Assembly (NCBI GenBank): GCA_041660005.1
Contig: JBAZXG010000001.1
Span: 158,565 to 222,564, forward strand
Origin: Patescibacteria group bacterium
GTDB taxonomy: Bacteria; Patescibacteriota; Patescibacteriia; GWA2-46-9
Length of the DNA stretch: 64,000 nucleotides
Reading direction: 5' to 3'
Below, one piece after another: positions 37,310 through 48,800 of this stretch. The translations under genes were made by a program, and so were the position numbers. Below the pieces are notes generated by a model. It was not told the DNA's origin. It worked only from the letters and a program-made list of their open reading frames with translations, and did not search any database. Within the stretch, counting starts at the first letter, position 1. The number at the start of each line of letters is the position of its first letter.

Positions 37310-37663
37310 TTAGAGATAGGGTAAAAAAATCAAAACTCCGGCAACAGCGGCACCTAGGGAAGCCACTAAAACTGCGGCAGCCAGGAGATCTTTCAACATC
37401 GCTGCGTAATCATGGACCCGCGGTGAGAGTAAATCGACTAATCGTTCAAAAAAAGTGTTAAGAAGCTCAAGCACGAGTACCAGAGTAACCAAAAGAACTA
37501 CCACAATAACGCGGAGCGACGAAAGCCGAACGTACCAAGCTGCTAGAAATACGACACATCCGATAAATGTTTGCACGCGAAAATTCTGCTCGCTTTTCCA
37601 TGCTTGTCGCAGCCCTAAAAAAGCATAACGAACGCTGCGCATAAATTGTTTTACCTCTTTCAT
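37310..37663 (-). CDS. dgkA: Diacylglycerol/undecaprenol kinase DgkA family
   Basis: RYAFLGLRQAWKSEQNFRVQ motif, 3 TM helices, 117 aa. Confidence 0.75.
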   Translation of the reverse strand: MKEVKQFMRSVRYAFLGLRQAWKSEQNFRVQTFIGCVVFLAAWYVRLSSLRVIVVVLLVTLVLVLELLNTFFERLVDLLSPRVHDYAAMLKDLLAAAVLVASLGAAVAGVLIFLPYL

Positions 37664-37666
37664 ATA

Positions 37667-38107
37667 CTACAATTCGTACCCTTGCAACGCAATAAGTCCT
37701 TTGTTGCCAAGCATGATGCTCTCCATACGCTGCATTGACCGTCGGTCCTTATCAATTTTGTGATCATAACCAAACACATGCAAGAGTGCGTGCAAGAAAA
37801 GCGCTTTAACTTCGCTCTCCACAGAAATGCCATGGCGACGGGCCTGACAAACGGCGCGCGGATGACAAATAATAATTTCACCATAATCAAAGCTCAAAAC
37901 ATCAGTAACGCTGGACTCGTTCCGGTACGTTTTGTTTAAACGTCGCATGCTCGTTTCTCCAACAAAAGCCAGTGAAAGTTCGTCAGGCATTGAACGCCGT
38001 CCCCGCATAGGTATTTTTTTCTTGGCTCGCTGTAAAACGAGAGACAATTGTTTTGTAGATACTGTTTGACGTATCGTTTTTGTAACGACCAAGGTCATGC
38101 CAATCAA
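37667..38107 (-). CDS. ybeY: rRNA maturation endoribonuclease YbeY
   Basis: HALLHVFGYDH metal-binding motif. Confidence 0.9.
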   Translation of the reverse strand: MIGMTLVVTKTIRQTVSTKQLSLVLQRAKKKIPMRGRRSMPDELSLAFVGETSMRRLNKTYRNESSVTDVLSFDYGEIIICHPRAVCQARRHGISVESEVKALFLHALLHVFGYDHKIDKDRRSMQRMESIMLGNKGLIALQGYEL

Positions 38108-39126
38108 GAAGAAAGGTGTAGGAACTGAATAAACAATTCATAGGTGGCTCGAAAATCAAGCGTCGTCTTTGCGCCAGAAGTTAAACTCACCACGTAAACA
38201 TCCTTGGACGCACCAGGAGAAGTGAAATAGAATGTTTGCCGATCGGGAGAAAAAATACCCGTATGCTCGCCAACAGTTTCAAGCACGGGCAATGTTGCCA
38301 CAGCACCAGCGATGCTCGCGCGATACCATTCGCCAATGGCAAGCTTACTAGGATTATTCTGCACGAGAACTGCAATGGACTCGTCAGCAGCGGACACGAA
38401 CTGTATCCCGTCGCGACCAATTGGTCGAGTCGTCCAACGCACTGGGTAACGAACACTATAGCGACCGTTTGGATCACTATAGGCAGTGAATAAACTACCA
38501 CCCTGCAACTTACCCGTTCCTATCGGATTATAGCCGTTTTTGAGTTCGTCTAAATCACTATAACCATCGGCATCACTATCGGGCTTAGCAGGATTTGTAC
38601 CAAACAATGTTTCCTCACTATTGGTTAGTCCATCAGTATCAGTATCAGCACTGTTAGGAAGAAGTGCGGTAACAGGCGGTGGTGTTACTGGGGTCGGAGG
38701 TTCGTTTGTTTGTGTTTCTGACCCTGGCGCCGGAGCTGTATCGGGCGAGGGCGTTGTCGGCAATGTTCCTGACGCCATATTCCCGCCCGTGGTGTTCGTC
38801 GCCGCGGCCGGGGAAGTTGCTGTTTGCTCAGACGCAGCTTGGGGGGCTGAGGCCGGCGCCTGAACACTCGTAACGAGCCAGTACGTGGTAGCAACAAGAC
38901 TGCCGATAACAATAATAGCAACGCTCCATAGTTTTAGCGGTGTCCAAAAACGATGATGTTCTTCAACTACCAAAAACTTATCCGGCATGGTTCGTATGAC
39001 CGTACCGACTATTAAGCGAGGTGCAGTATCTACGACTGCAACCGTTTCTTTTTGCTTTTGTTTAAACAAGGACAGCATACAATGAATTACTTGACCGCCT
39101 GGCAAGCGATACCTCCGGAACAGCAA
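38104..39126 (-). CDS. Membrane-anchored protein with Pro/Thr-rich linker and bacterial TSP3-type Ca-binding repeats (DTDTDGLTNSEE..DSDADGYSDLDE)
   Basis: TM LWSVAIIVIGSLVATTYWLV; DxDxDG repeats; C-terminal NGYNPIGTGKL shared with neighbour; start uncertain (39126/39078/38988). Confidence 0.6.
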   Translation of the reverse strand: MLFRRYRLPGGQVIHCMLSLFKQKQKETVAVVDTAPRLIVGTVIRTMPDKFLVVEEHHRFWTPLKLWSVAIIVIGSLVATTYWLVTSVQAPASAPQAASEQTATSPAAATNTTGGNMASGTLPTTPSPDTAPAPGSETQTNEPPTPVTPPPVTALLPNSADTDTDGLTNSEETLFGTNPAKPDSDADGYSDLDELKNGYNPIGTGKLQGGSLFTAYSDPNGRYSVRYPVRWTTRPIGRDGIQFVSAADESIAVLVQNNPSKLAIGEWYRASIAGAVATLPVLETVGEHTGIFSPDRQTFYFTSPGASKDVYVVSLTSGAKTTLDFRATYELFIQFLHLSS

Positions 39127-39813
39127 CTACTTCGGTACATTGAATAGTTTGCCAAGACCTTTAGGGTTGTAGCCATTGCGAACTTCTGCACCGTCTGAAA
39201 AACCATCGCCGTCAGTGTCAGGTTTCAACGGGTCAGTACCAAATGAACGAACTTCTTCGCCGTCAAAAAGCCCGTCGCCATCGGTGTCAGGATTCTGCGG
39301 GTCAGTACCAGCCGTAATTTCTTGCGCATTCGAAAGACCATCCTGATCACTATCGTCTTCTGGTGAAGCTGGCCCTTGACCTTGCAACTGCAAATCTGGT
39401 CGCGGTGTTACTTCGGTCGTTGGCGCGGCGTTAGTGTCTATTGGCGTAGTGGCTACCGGCTGTTTGTTGCCTGCGCTTCCTTTAAAGTACCACCAAGCAC
39501 CACCAGCACCAGCAATAACAATGAGGGCAACGAATGCTGCGGCAATAATTTTTGTAACCGTACGAGAACCGTCGTCAAGATACTCTTCAGGAATACCGCC
39601 AGAAGTATTCGGTGTTTGCGAGAGCGCCGGACGTGACGGTTGACCAGAAGGTTCTGACAACGGTACCGATTTCTTGGGAACGAAAGGCGAAGACGGAGCG
39701 CTGTCAACTGAAGCAAGCATATCTTCAGGTGCCTTCATAGGTAACGAAGGACTAGATGATTTTGCCACTGAACCAGGGTCTTTCTGCTCTCCTTTTTCTT
39801 GTTCTTCAAACAT
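39127..39813 (-). CDS. Membrane-anchored TSP3-repeat protein, paralog of 38104-39126
   Basis: DDSDQDGLSN..DTDGDGLFDGEE..DTDGDGFSDGAE repeats, TM AAFVALIVIAGAGGAWWYF, C-terminal NGYNPKGLGKL. Confidence 0.6.
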   Translation of the reverse strand: MFEEQEKGEQKDPGSVAKSSSPSLPMKAPEDMLASVDSAPSSPFVPKKSVPLSEPSGQPSRPALSQTPNTSGGIPEEYLDDGSRTVTKIIAAAFVALIVIAGAGGAWWYFKGSAGNKQPVATTPIDTNAAPTTEVTPRPDLQLQGQGPASPEDDSDQDGLSNAQEITAGTDPQNPDTDGDGLFDGEEVRSFGTDPLKPDTDGDGFSDGAEVRNGYNPKGLGKLFNVPK

Positions 39814-39855
39814 AGTATGGATAGTATAGCATGCACCGCATCCTCAACCAAACGG

Positions 39856-42800
39856 CTAAGGTGATGACGGTGGCGTTAAAATATTAACAATGGCACCACG
39901 TAACCTATTTGTTGACGCATCAACCGCAGAGGCATAGATAATATCTCTTGAGAGATAATTAAGCGTCAAACCATGGTAGTCACCCTGGACGGTAATCACT
40001 GGTATGGGTGCTGTCCAACCTGCACTTACCCAAGTCGGATCGTTTGTGCTTAACACCGATCTACGATACTTAATCGTTGTCGTTGATTGAGTAGTAGTAC
40101 GCTCTGCATAAGCAATGTAAAGATAGCCGCTTCGAGAATCTAATGCTAGCGCTACACCTTGGAAACCCCCTCCTGCAACACCAGTAATGTTGGACCCAAC
40201 CACCGTTCCGAATGTACTACTTTTTGTCCGACGCTTAAGTGCGATAAAGTCATCGTTGCTAACTACCCCCTGATCTTGTCGATAGGCAACGATACTTTCT
40301 CCTGTTGTTGGATTTGTTACGGCACTGAACCCGTCACCCGCATAGCCGGTCATAATAACGTTTTCTGCCGCAGTCAAAACCGGCTGTTCTGACCCCCAAG
40401 AGGAGGTTGCGTTCGGACCAACCCACACGCGCGCATTTAATGTTTTCGTAATGGAATTGTAATGATACAAAAGCATTTTCCCCGTGGCATCATCGGACGC
40501 AAGCGGTACCAACTGCGGTGCTTCGTTGTCGGTTTCTGGATAAGGATTATTCGTAATCCGCGAGCATGCATTTGAACTCAAAGGACACTGGTCACTGAAG
40601 CTGCTGGCGCTCGTCGAAACTTGACTACTCAGCGTGAAGTAATTCTTTCCGTCAACCGCTTTTGTCGCTGAAATCAACTGCGGCGCATCAACTATCCCCA
40701 CTGCGACACCGGTCGGTCCAAGAGTAGTTAAAGTATTGCCGACAGTATTGAGGGTCGAATACTGAATAGTGTTTGCATTATTGCCACCAGCTTGCGCACG
40801 ACTCGCCCCCAGGTGAATGAGGGAACCGGTATTAAACGGTGCAGGTGTCCACTGGTCATACCATGACACAATATGGCGACAGTTAGCCGCAATATCAACT
40901 GATGCTGCCCAAGTAAATCCAGTTCCACCACGAGTTCCCCGCACGTACTGACAGGTATTGTTTTTTCCGGTATAGAAAAGATACCCATTGGTTGCCGAGG
41001 AGAAGACGGCGCGCGGACTGGTGCCGTCATTGTAAGTAGCGGTCACATTCGTAGCGGCTATGTCCTCATTGGGCCACCCAGCAATCCAAATATCAACCGA
41101 ATTACTGACCGTTTGCCCAACACCGTTTACTGCGGTCACGGTATAAGCACCGCTACCGGGTATCTGCTTTGTTCCAGATGCGGGCCAGCGCGTACCAGTT
41201 ATTCCAGAAATAGAGCCAGGATTTATTTCGTACGAACTCGCACCAGTTCCACCGCCCCAGGTAAATGCTAATAAAGAATTGGGGGCACAAGGAGCAGAAA
41301 CATCTAAACAAGCAGCATTATATTGACTTACAGTACAAGAATAAGTTGTACCATTGATAACGGTACTTCCACCACGGTTACTCACGTTACAGTTTCCTCC
41401 TTGAGGACCAATGACAAACAATGTGACAGGCTGCGGTTTTGTGACAAATTTTGCGGTCACCGTTTGTTCACCCGTCATAGAAATAGTACAGGTAGGACTT
41501 GCGCCAGCACTCGTACATGCACCACCCCACCCCTGGAAAGTACCGCTATTCACTACAGAAGTAGCGCGAAGCGTAATGGAAGAATTTTTCAAATAATTTT
41601 CCGTAAAACCGTTTGAAACGCCATCATTTGCCGTCGGTGTTGGCCAACCCGCCGGCGCACTCTCAACAACGACATTACCATTTACAACAGGAGGATTGGG
41701 AAATGTATTATCTATCTTCTGCAATGTCAGTTGCTGCACCGCTTCAAACGTTGCCGTGACAGATAGAGAACCACCGGCAGCCGATGCTGAGAAATTACAC
41801 CGATTTCCTGTTGCCGAAGGACAATTCGTCCAGCCGGTAAATTGCGCACTGCCGTTCGGCGTAGCAAGAAGCACCACTGCATCCCCTGGATTAGGGTTGA
41901 AAGAACAGGGAGTCATGGGATCGGACGAGCTCGGGTCATTCGTACAATTGCCGGTTCCTCGCGCTGTTGCATAACCGAGGCGACCCAAACCTGATCCGCT
42001 CACAATCAAATTCACGGTTGGTCGTTTCGAAACCGTTACGCTATCGGTAGCAGTCAGTGAACCATAGCCCTGAACCGTAATGGTATAGGTTTGACTTGTA
42101 TCAGCACCCAAACTCACGACTACCGATCCTTGCGCGGATGACACATTGTAACTCGCAGGCGGAACATTGGTGAAACTACTGATGCGCACAAAGTCGGCGA
42201 CAGGTGTTACGTTCCAATTCAGCGTCTCACTGCCAGCTGGATCAATAAATACACTACTGGCTGACGGATCTGAAGCTGGCGTGAGGGTTACGCTCGGGGC
42301 TTGATGTACGGTCACCGTTACGCTCTTTTGATCAGGTGCTCCAACGCGACCCGTTGCCGTAATCTTGTAGGTCTGGCTAGTACTCGCCGTTGCCTGCTTC
42401 GTACCACTCGCTTCTGGAGTTACAACACCAACCCCCTGGTCAATCGCTACCCCGCCAGAAGTTGCGTCCGTAGTCTCCCACCGAAAAGTTATGTTGTCTC
42501 CGGCAACAACATCTGCTGAGGCGCCGAACTGATTGTTTGGCCCAGCCACTTCAAACTTTGTCACCTTCGCTGGTTTTACAATCGCTAACGTGGTTGTCGC
42601 TGAAGCAGATTCTCCTGGACCGCTGATGTTCAAGGTATAGGTAATATTTGTCGGTGCGTTATTCGACGGACAGTCATGTACGGGGGCGGCTGCGGCATTT
42701 CCAGAAATTGTACGATCAAGGGAACCGTCGTCAGCATGCACAGTAATAGTACGTGTCGTTGGAGCTGCTCCGGTTTCTGTCCATGTTAAGTCACTGCAAT

Positions 42801-45800
42801 CACGATTTTGAATGAGACTCGGTGTTGCGATAAAATTATTTATGCCGCTCGGAACATTCACGGTAAACGACACACTCTTTGTTGTTGTTCCACCAGGGCC
42901 AGTCGCGGTAAGCGTTAATGTTGTCATCCCCATCTTGGCAACAACAGTACTGCTGCCGTTTGGTGGAAGTTCTGTCATATTTACACGATCTGCAACGTTA
43001 CCGTCTGAAGTCAATAAAATATCAGTCGCATTGGTGGTGGTCCAGGAAACTGTTATTAGTGCTCCGTCGATGTAACTTGTGCCATTGAGTAAGCTCAGTT
43101 CTGCCGTTGGTTGTGCGGCAGTCAAATTAACTTGCAAAGTAACCGTTCTCGTCACTGTCACACCTTCACAACGAGTACCATTTTCGACACCAGTACAACT
43201 ATTCACCCAACCCCCAAACGTGCTGCCGACTTTCGGAAAAATCTCCACATCAACACTTGTATTTGCATCAAAAGCAAGTGAACAGGTGTCGTTAATTGAC
43301 GCACACGTTTGACGACCACTACTGGCTGTCACCACAACAGTCGCGTCCCCTGCTTCGCTACTGTTCAGCACTTGCAAGGTTGATACGTTTCGGAAACTTT
43401 GGGTGACAATCTTCGGTGTGCTCATAACCACCGAGCAGGCGCTCTGCCCGCTACAGGCGCCGCCCCAACCACCCAATGAGAAATCAGCGTTATCTAATAC
43501 TGCTTCAAGTAAAACATTTGTGTCGACGTCATAAGCAAACTCACAGGTCGCTGATACACTAGCAGGCTTCACGCAAGTATCAACGACCGATCCGCCGGAC
43601 ACAAACCGAACCTTCACCCGCCCCCCACCTGAACCTGTCAGCGTCAACTGAAGGGGCTTCAACTGAGGGTTTGGAGGAATAATGGTTCCGCCACCATCCA
43701 TAATGGGACCGGGTGGAGGAGCGGGCAAACGATCACGCACCGCAGTATCCGTCACCAGACAAAGGCGATCGCCACCAGTGACTTGGTTGAGTAGAGCCGG
43801 AAATGGAGTAAACACACTTTCCACAAAAGAGCAGAGAGCATAATCCTGACCCTGCCCTTGGCACTTCTCACCGGTCGGACACTGGCTGTCAACAATGCAT
43901 GCCTGCGCAGTTGTCGTCGAACAACGGCCATAAGCGCTGTACGTGTAGACGTGTGTTTCCGTAAGTTGAGCAGGATCAAACGACCACGGTACATCAGGTG
44001 GCGGTTCTACTTTTGTTATTTTTTCTTTAGCTGCATCCAGCGTCGCAAAGTGAGAGGCATATGTTTTAGAAACCTCATCCCAACATGTATTCGAATCATG
44101 TTTCAGCATAGCTGTTCCTAATGTGCTTTCAGTTCCACCGGCTTCACATGCAGCAAAAACACCAATAGGATCCTGCGGCAGTTGTCGACCAAGTTCGTTA
44201 CCTAATGTTGCCACCCATGACGGCCAACGGCTCGTACTGGTGCCAGTTACATAGGTACCCGCGGCTAATAATGGATAATTTGTTGTTCGATCTGCTGGCC
44301 GCTGACACGAGGACGTTACGGTCTTTGTCACGTTGCTGACATCCGTCGCGTCAACATCACCATCAGTATCGGTATCTGCACCGCGGCAGTAAGAAGGAAT
44401 ACTGCCGGGGTTTGCCCGATACCACTCTGTGAGAGAAATATCATAGCCATTAATAACACCATTACAGTTTGCGTCCCCCGGTGCACCAGGAGTAACCGCG
44501 GGACAGGAGGACCCATACTGATAGGCGCTCAAAGTCGTTGACATGTTGACGACGTCGCTCAACCGTTTCACGTCTCGAGTAACCTTGGACTTTGTGTTTG
44601 CGCAAACATATCCACTACCACAGTCGCTGTTAAAAATGCACTGCTTAACGACACCGCAGGTATTGCCACTACCGCAATCACTGTCTTGAGTACAGGCCTT
44701 GCTATTATTGTTAGAACAAAAACGAGTAACCTCTGCGCGACCAGTAGCCTGTTCCCTGCAGTTACCCACGGTCAAGTCATCAATGTTAAAGATGAGATTT
44801 TGTACCAGCTGGTTATAGACATTCTGTGTCGTGGCCTGCGCTCCCTGGTTGTAGGAGAAAATGTAAACGTTTGTGAAGAACACAGGATCGCTCACACCAT
44901 CTCCATTAACGTCAACACCAGAAGTGTTCGCTGCACCAATATAAATGGTGCGACCATCCCGAATAGCTGGGTACCCATCGATTACTAAAGATTCTGGCGC
45001 ACCTTTACTAAACGGCTGCTCAGCGTACCACTGGCTCGGCGTTAAATGCCGGTCATTTCTTACCACTCGAACACCAATAGCATCCGGATCAGGGTGCGTC
45101 GGATCAATAGTCGGGGCCTTCAAAATCCACTCCGCCAAAATGCCGAGCTGATTTGCACCGGCCGGTGCATCAATTTTTGTATTCGAGAAGTTAGGTAGTA
45201 GCTCCGGAACACATGAATTACCAGCGCCGCACTGTTTATCGTTAGCACATGATTTATTCTTATCGTTCGAGCAAACACTTCGGGAGGTGTCCTGACAGTA
45301 AGTCGTATAGAAATTCGTCGGGCTGTCCCCCGCCGGAGGCGGACCATCTTGCAACGGACCATTGTCCCACGGTTGGCGACACAGCATGAAAGTAACCGGC
45401 ACTCTGTTACTGCCCATGGTGTCACTATCGCTCCCTAGACTCGCCGATACATTGACGAGCGCAAAACGCGTACGATTGTCTGATGGTTTATTGGCAAATG
45501 TTGTTTCAAGTTCAGGAGTGGTTGTGTTGGCTAAGGAGAGTAATGGCAACGGATCTTCCTTTGACCAAACATAGTTTGCGCTCAATGCCTGGCCAATAGC
45601 ATCCACTGCTGTTGCCTGATAAACGTGTTGGTTACCGGTTCCTGGTGCAGAGTTCTGGTCTTCAGGCACTTCCCCCGTTGTTGTCTGCCGACAGCCGAGC
45701 TTGACGCCACCAGTGTCAGAACTGCAATTACAATGGTCGCCGTAGCAGGCGAACAGATCGTACGGCTGGATAAGCGTTCGCGGTTGGCTTATCGACATTT

Positions 45801-48800
45801 CCGTAGAAAGTACTGGTGCAATGTTGACCTGAATATTATCAACCTTGCAAATGTGATTGCCAACACCGGGCGGTGTAGACGCTGACGGGTCTGGGAACTC
45901 CTGATTCTTGTCACCGTCAAGCGCAATTCCTGCGGTACTTCTGGCTCCCCCTGTTGGATCTGTGGCGTTTTCGCCGTGCACAACCACACGATACTTAAGC
46001 TTTTTATCGAGTAAGGAGGATACGCTAATAATTGCTTTCGTTACCGGCGAAGACCCGTCTGGGAATACCGTACTCGCCAAAACTTTTGTTCCCAAAACCT
46101 TGCACCAACCACTGCCTGCGGCTGCTCCAGCCTCGTTCAAGAACAATCGACGCACAAACCCGAAGAACTGACTCATGGGTGTCGCTTCAGCAACTTTAAG
46201 ACTTTCTTCCAAGTTGCAGTCTGGCAAGCCATCTGCGTTAAGTTCTCCGACATTATCTAACCATTCGAGACTGGTGTTTTGCTCAACACTGGTCCGATCC
46301 ATCGGTTGACTAAACATAACCGTAAAGGCAGCGTTCCGACAAATGGTTCCGTCAGCTGGAGACTCGGCACCTGTAATTGAAGTGACCCACGGTCGTATGC
46401 CACAGCATCCTCCCTTATTCACCGCAAAACTGCAGAAGAGATCATTGCCTGTACCGTCACCATTGTCACAGGAAACGTGAGAGTCGTTGCTGCATTTCAA
46501 CTGCGCGTTACAAGTGCCAACCGGGTTACCACTACCACAAACATTTAAACTGAGACCAGACGCATCAACATTGCATTGGCTGCTTGTTGAACAGGCGCGC
46601 TTCAACTGTTTTGCGCAGACGTGAGGAATAAGGGAAACACTGTCTACTTCAACACCAGTTGGAAGTTCGAGCACCAAAAAGAATTTATTACCAGTAACCG
46701 CTGACCCGAACGTAACCGTTCCGCTATGCGCTGACCACTTGTTCGTCGTTGTAACAACTCGAGGGTCATCGCCAATAAAATCCACAAACGCTAATTTATC
46801 CAAAATGTTATCTGACTTTGCTAAATAAACGCGTACTCTCTCAGCGCTACCCGGTCGGCGTACCGCAAAGGAAAAATCATATGCCTGGTTCGCAACCGCA
46901 TAGGGCATATCAATGAACGTTACGAGTCCCTCATCGAATGGACACGTCGTCGTATGACAGTCAGGCTGGCGATAATACTGACGGCCATCAGCGGCGTTGC
47001 CGGTTGTCAAAACGGTGCTGGCATACATCTTGGTGCTGTCCGTATCATCTCCCCAACCAGTCAACGGATCAGTACTACCAGCTTTAGTAATTTCAAAACT
47101 ACTATTACCAATAACGTTCTGTGTTGCACTAATACAAGCTTGCGGCGCGATAAATCCGCACTGCAGGGTCAGCGTACTCTTGCCAATAACCGCACAATCA
47201 CTGGTTGTTGTACATTTTTTGGGCTGATTATCACAGGTATCTGCTGCCCCATTACCATCGCTGTCAATCGTGCAGAGGCCAACACTCGCGGTAACGTCTG
47301 TGGCACATTGATAGGTGGGTGCTACAGAACAACTTGGTGCCTTGCCAACGGCTGTTGCAACCTGCCTGGGATCAACATAGCTTCCCACTACCACATGGCC
47401 GGAACTATCAATCTGCTTCAACACGTTATTGTTGGTTATGGTAGCAACATCCGCGTCAGTACTGTTCCACCCATAATCATAGCTAATGGCGGCCAAGCGC
47501 TCACCCGTTGCATTGCAAGAATCTGGCGCTCCAAAGGGCTGCGCTACGATATCTTCAGTAGCACCGATGGTGCGCAAGGTCGCTTTATCAGGAATGTTGA
47601 TGACGCGATCAACCGCACAAATGGTTGATTTCGTTTTAAATACCCACGAATAAGCATCAATAGTATTTCCGTCAACGTCTTTCTCTTTATAATTAGTTTC
47701 GAGCGATTTGCCTTCTTCACTTCTGATATCTTTCGTTAAAATAACACGATAGTACGTTTCTTTTTGAAGGTATCCGTTTGCTGCGGTAAAGCTAACTTGA
47801 TACCGTTTTGGTGTCTCTTCCTTTGCTGGAATAACAATATAGATTGGCTCCGTAATACCAATTCTTTCTGTGGTCGTTTTGTCACTGATTATGCAATCCG
47901 CATTTGCACATTTGTAAAGCTGTACACTGTCAGTCCATACAGGAGCTGCTGTATAGGTAAACGTGCTCGCAGTTAACGGACGAGAAAATACTGCCCCGAT
48001 TGCGGCATTGAGACAAGCGGCATCGCACGACGGGAAAGGTTCAATTACTTTGGGTGCTTCAAAAATAACGTTCACCCGACACTCGCCCACCCGCGCCGCA
48101 GGATCCGCGGGCGAGGCTGCTTTAACTTTCGTCGTACCCTCGCTAACGGCAGTTGCCGTGTTATGGCAACCGGTGAGCCCTGGATCAACTGATGCCACCA
48201 AAGCGCTCGACGACGACCAGGCAACGCTGCCAGACGGGCAAGACAAAATGTTACAATTGGCCGCCTGCAGACCAGCGGACAAACTCTCTTGTTCATCTTT
48301 TGCGGTCAGCTTGTGAGAAGACGGCTGACAAGAAAGCGAAGCAACGGCACAAGTGTCAGACTTTGCTTGAAAACGCCAGATGTAGTCTTTGTCCGGAGAA
48401 ACTCCCTTGTCGCTCTTTACCGCTTTCGTCACTCGCGCCTCATACCAATGATTCAACGTAAAACCACCAACATCAGCAGTAAACCCACCATTTTCGATAT
48501 TCAAATTGTCCGTATAGGTAAAGAACTGTAACGCGGCTGGAGAAACACCGGGTTTCGGCTGCTTACAATCTGGGTCACTATCACAATCAGCCACAACAAG
48601 AGCCGTTTTTGGTGTTGCCACGGTATCAATTGGGGTTGTAAAGCGAACAGAAACTTGTGCGTTGGTGCAGGCATCGACTGAACCCTTCCACGGGCTCGGA
48701 CTCTGTGTTGAACTGCTGGTCCAAGACAAATTAACCGCGTCAACATCAAAACCAGCTTTGGGTAACTCAATAACTACATAGAACTCTTTTGCAGTATAGG

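Noticed and set aside
46954-47628. 224-aa plus-strand ORF (and many shorter ones) inside the giant gene
   Set aside because: Antisense to an uninterrupted 12.6-kb ORF; Cys/Thr/Gly-rich junk typical of reverse frames of GC-biased coding sequence
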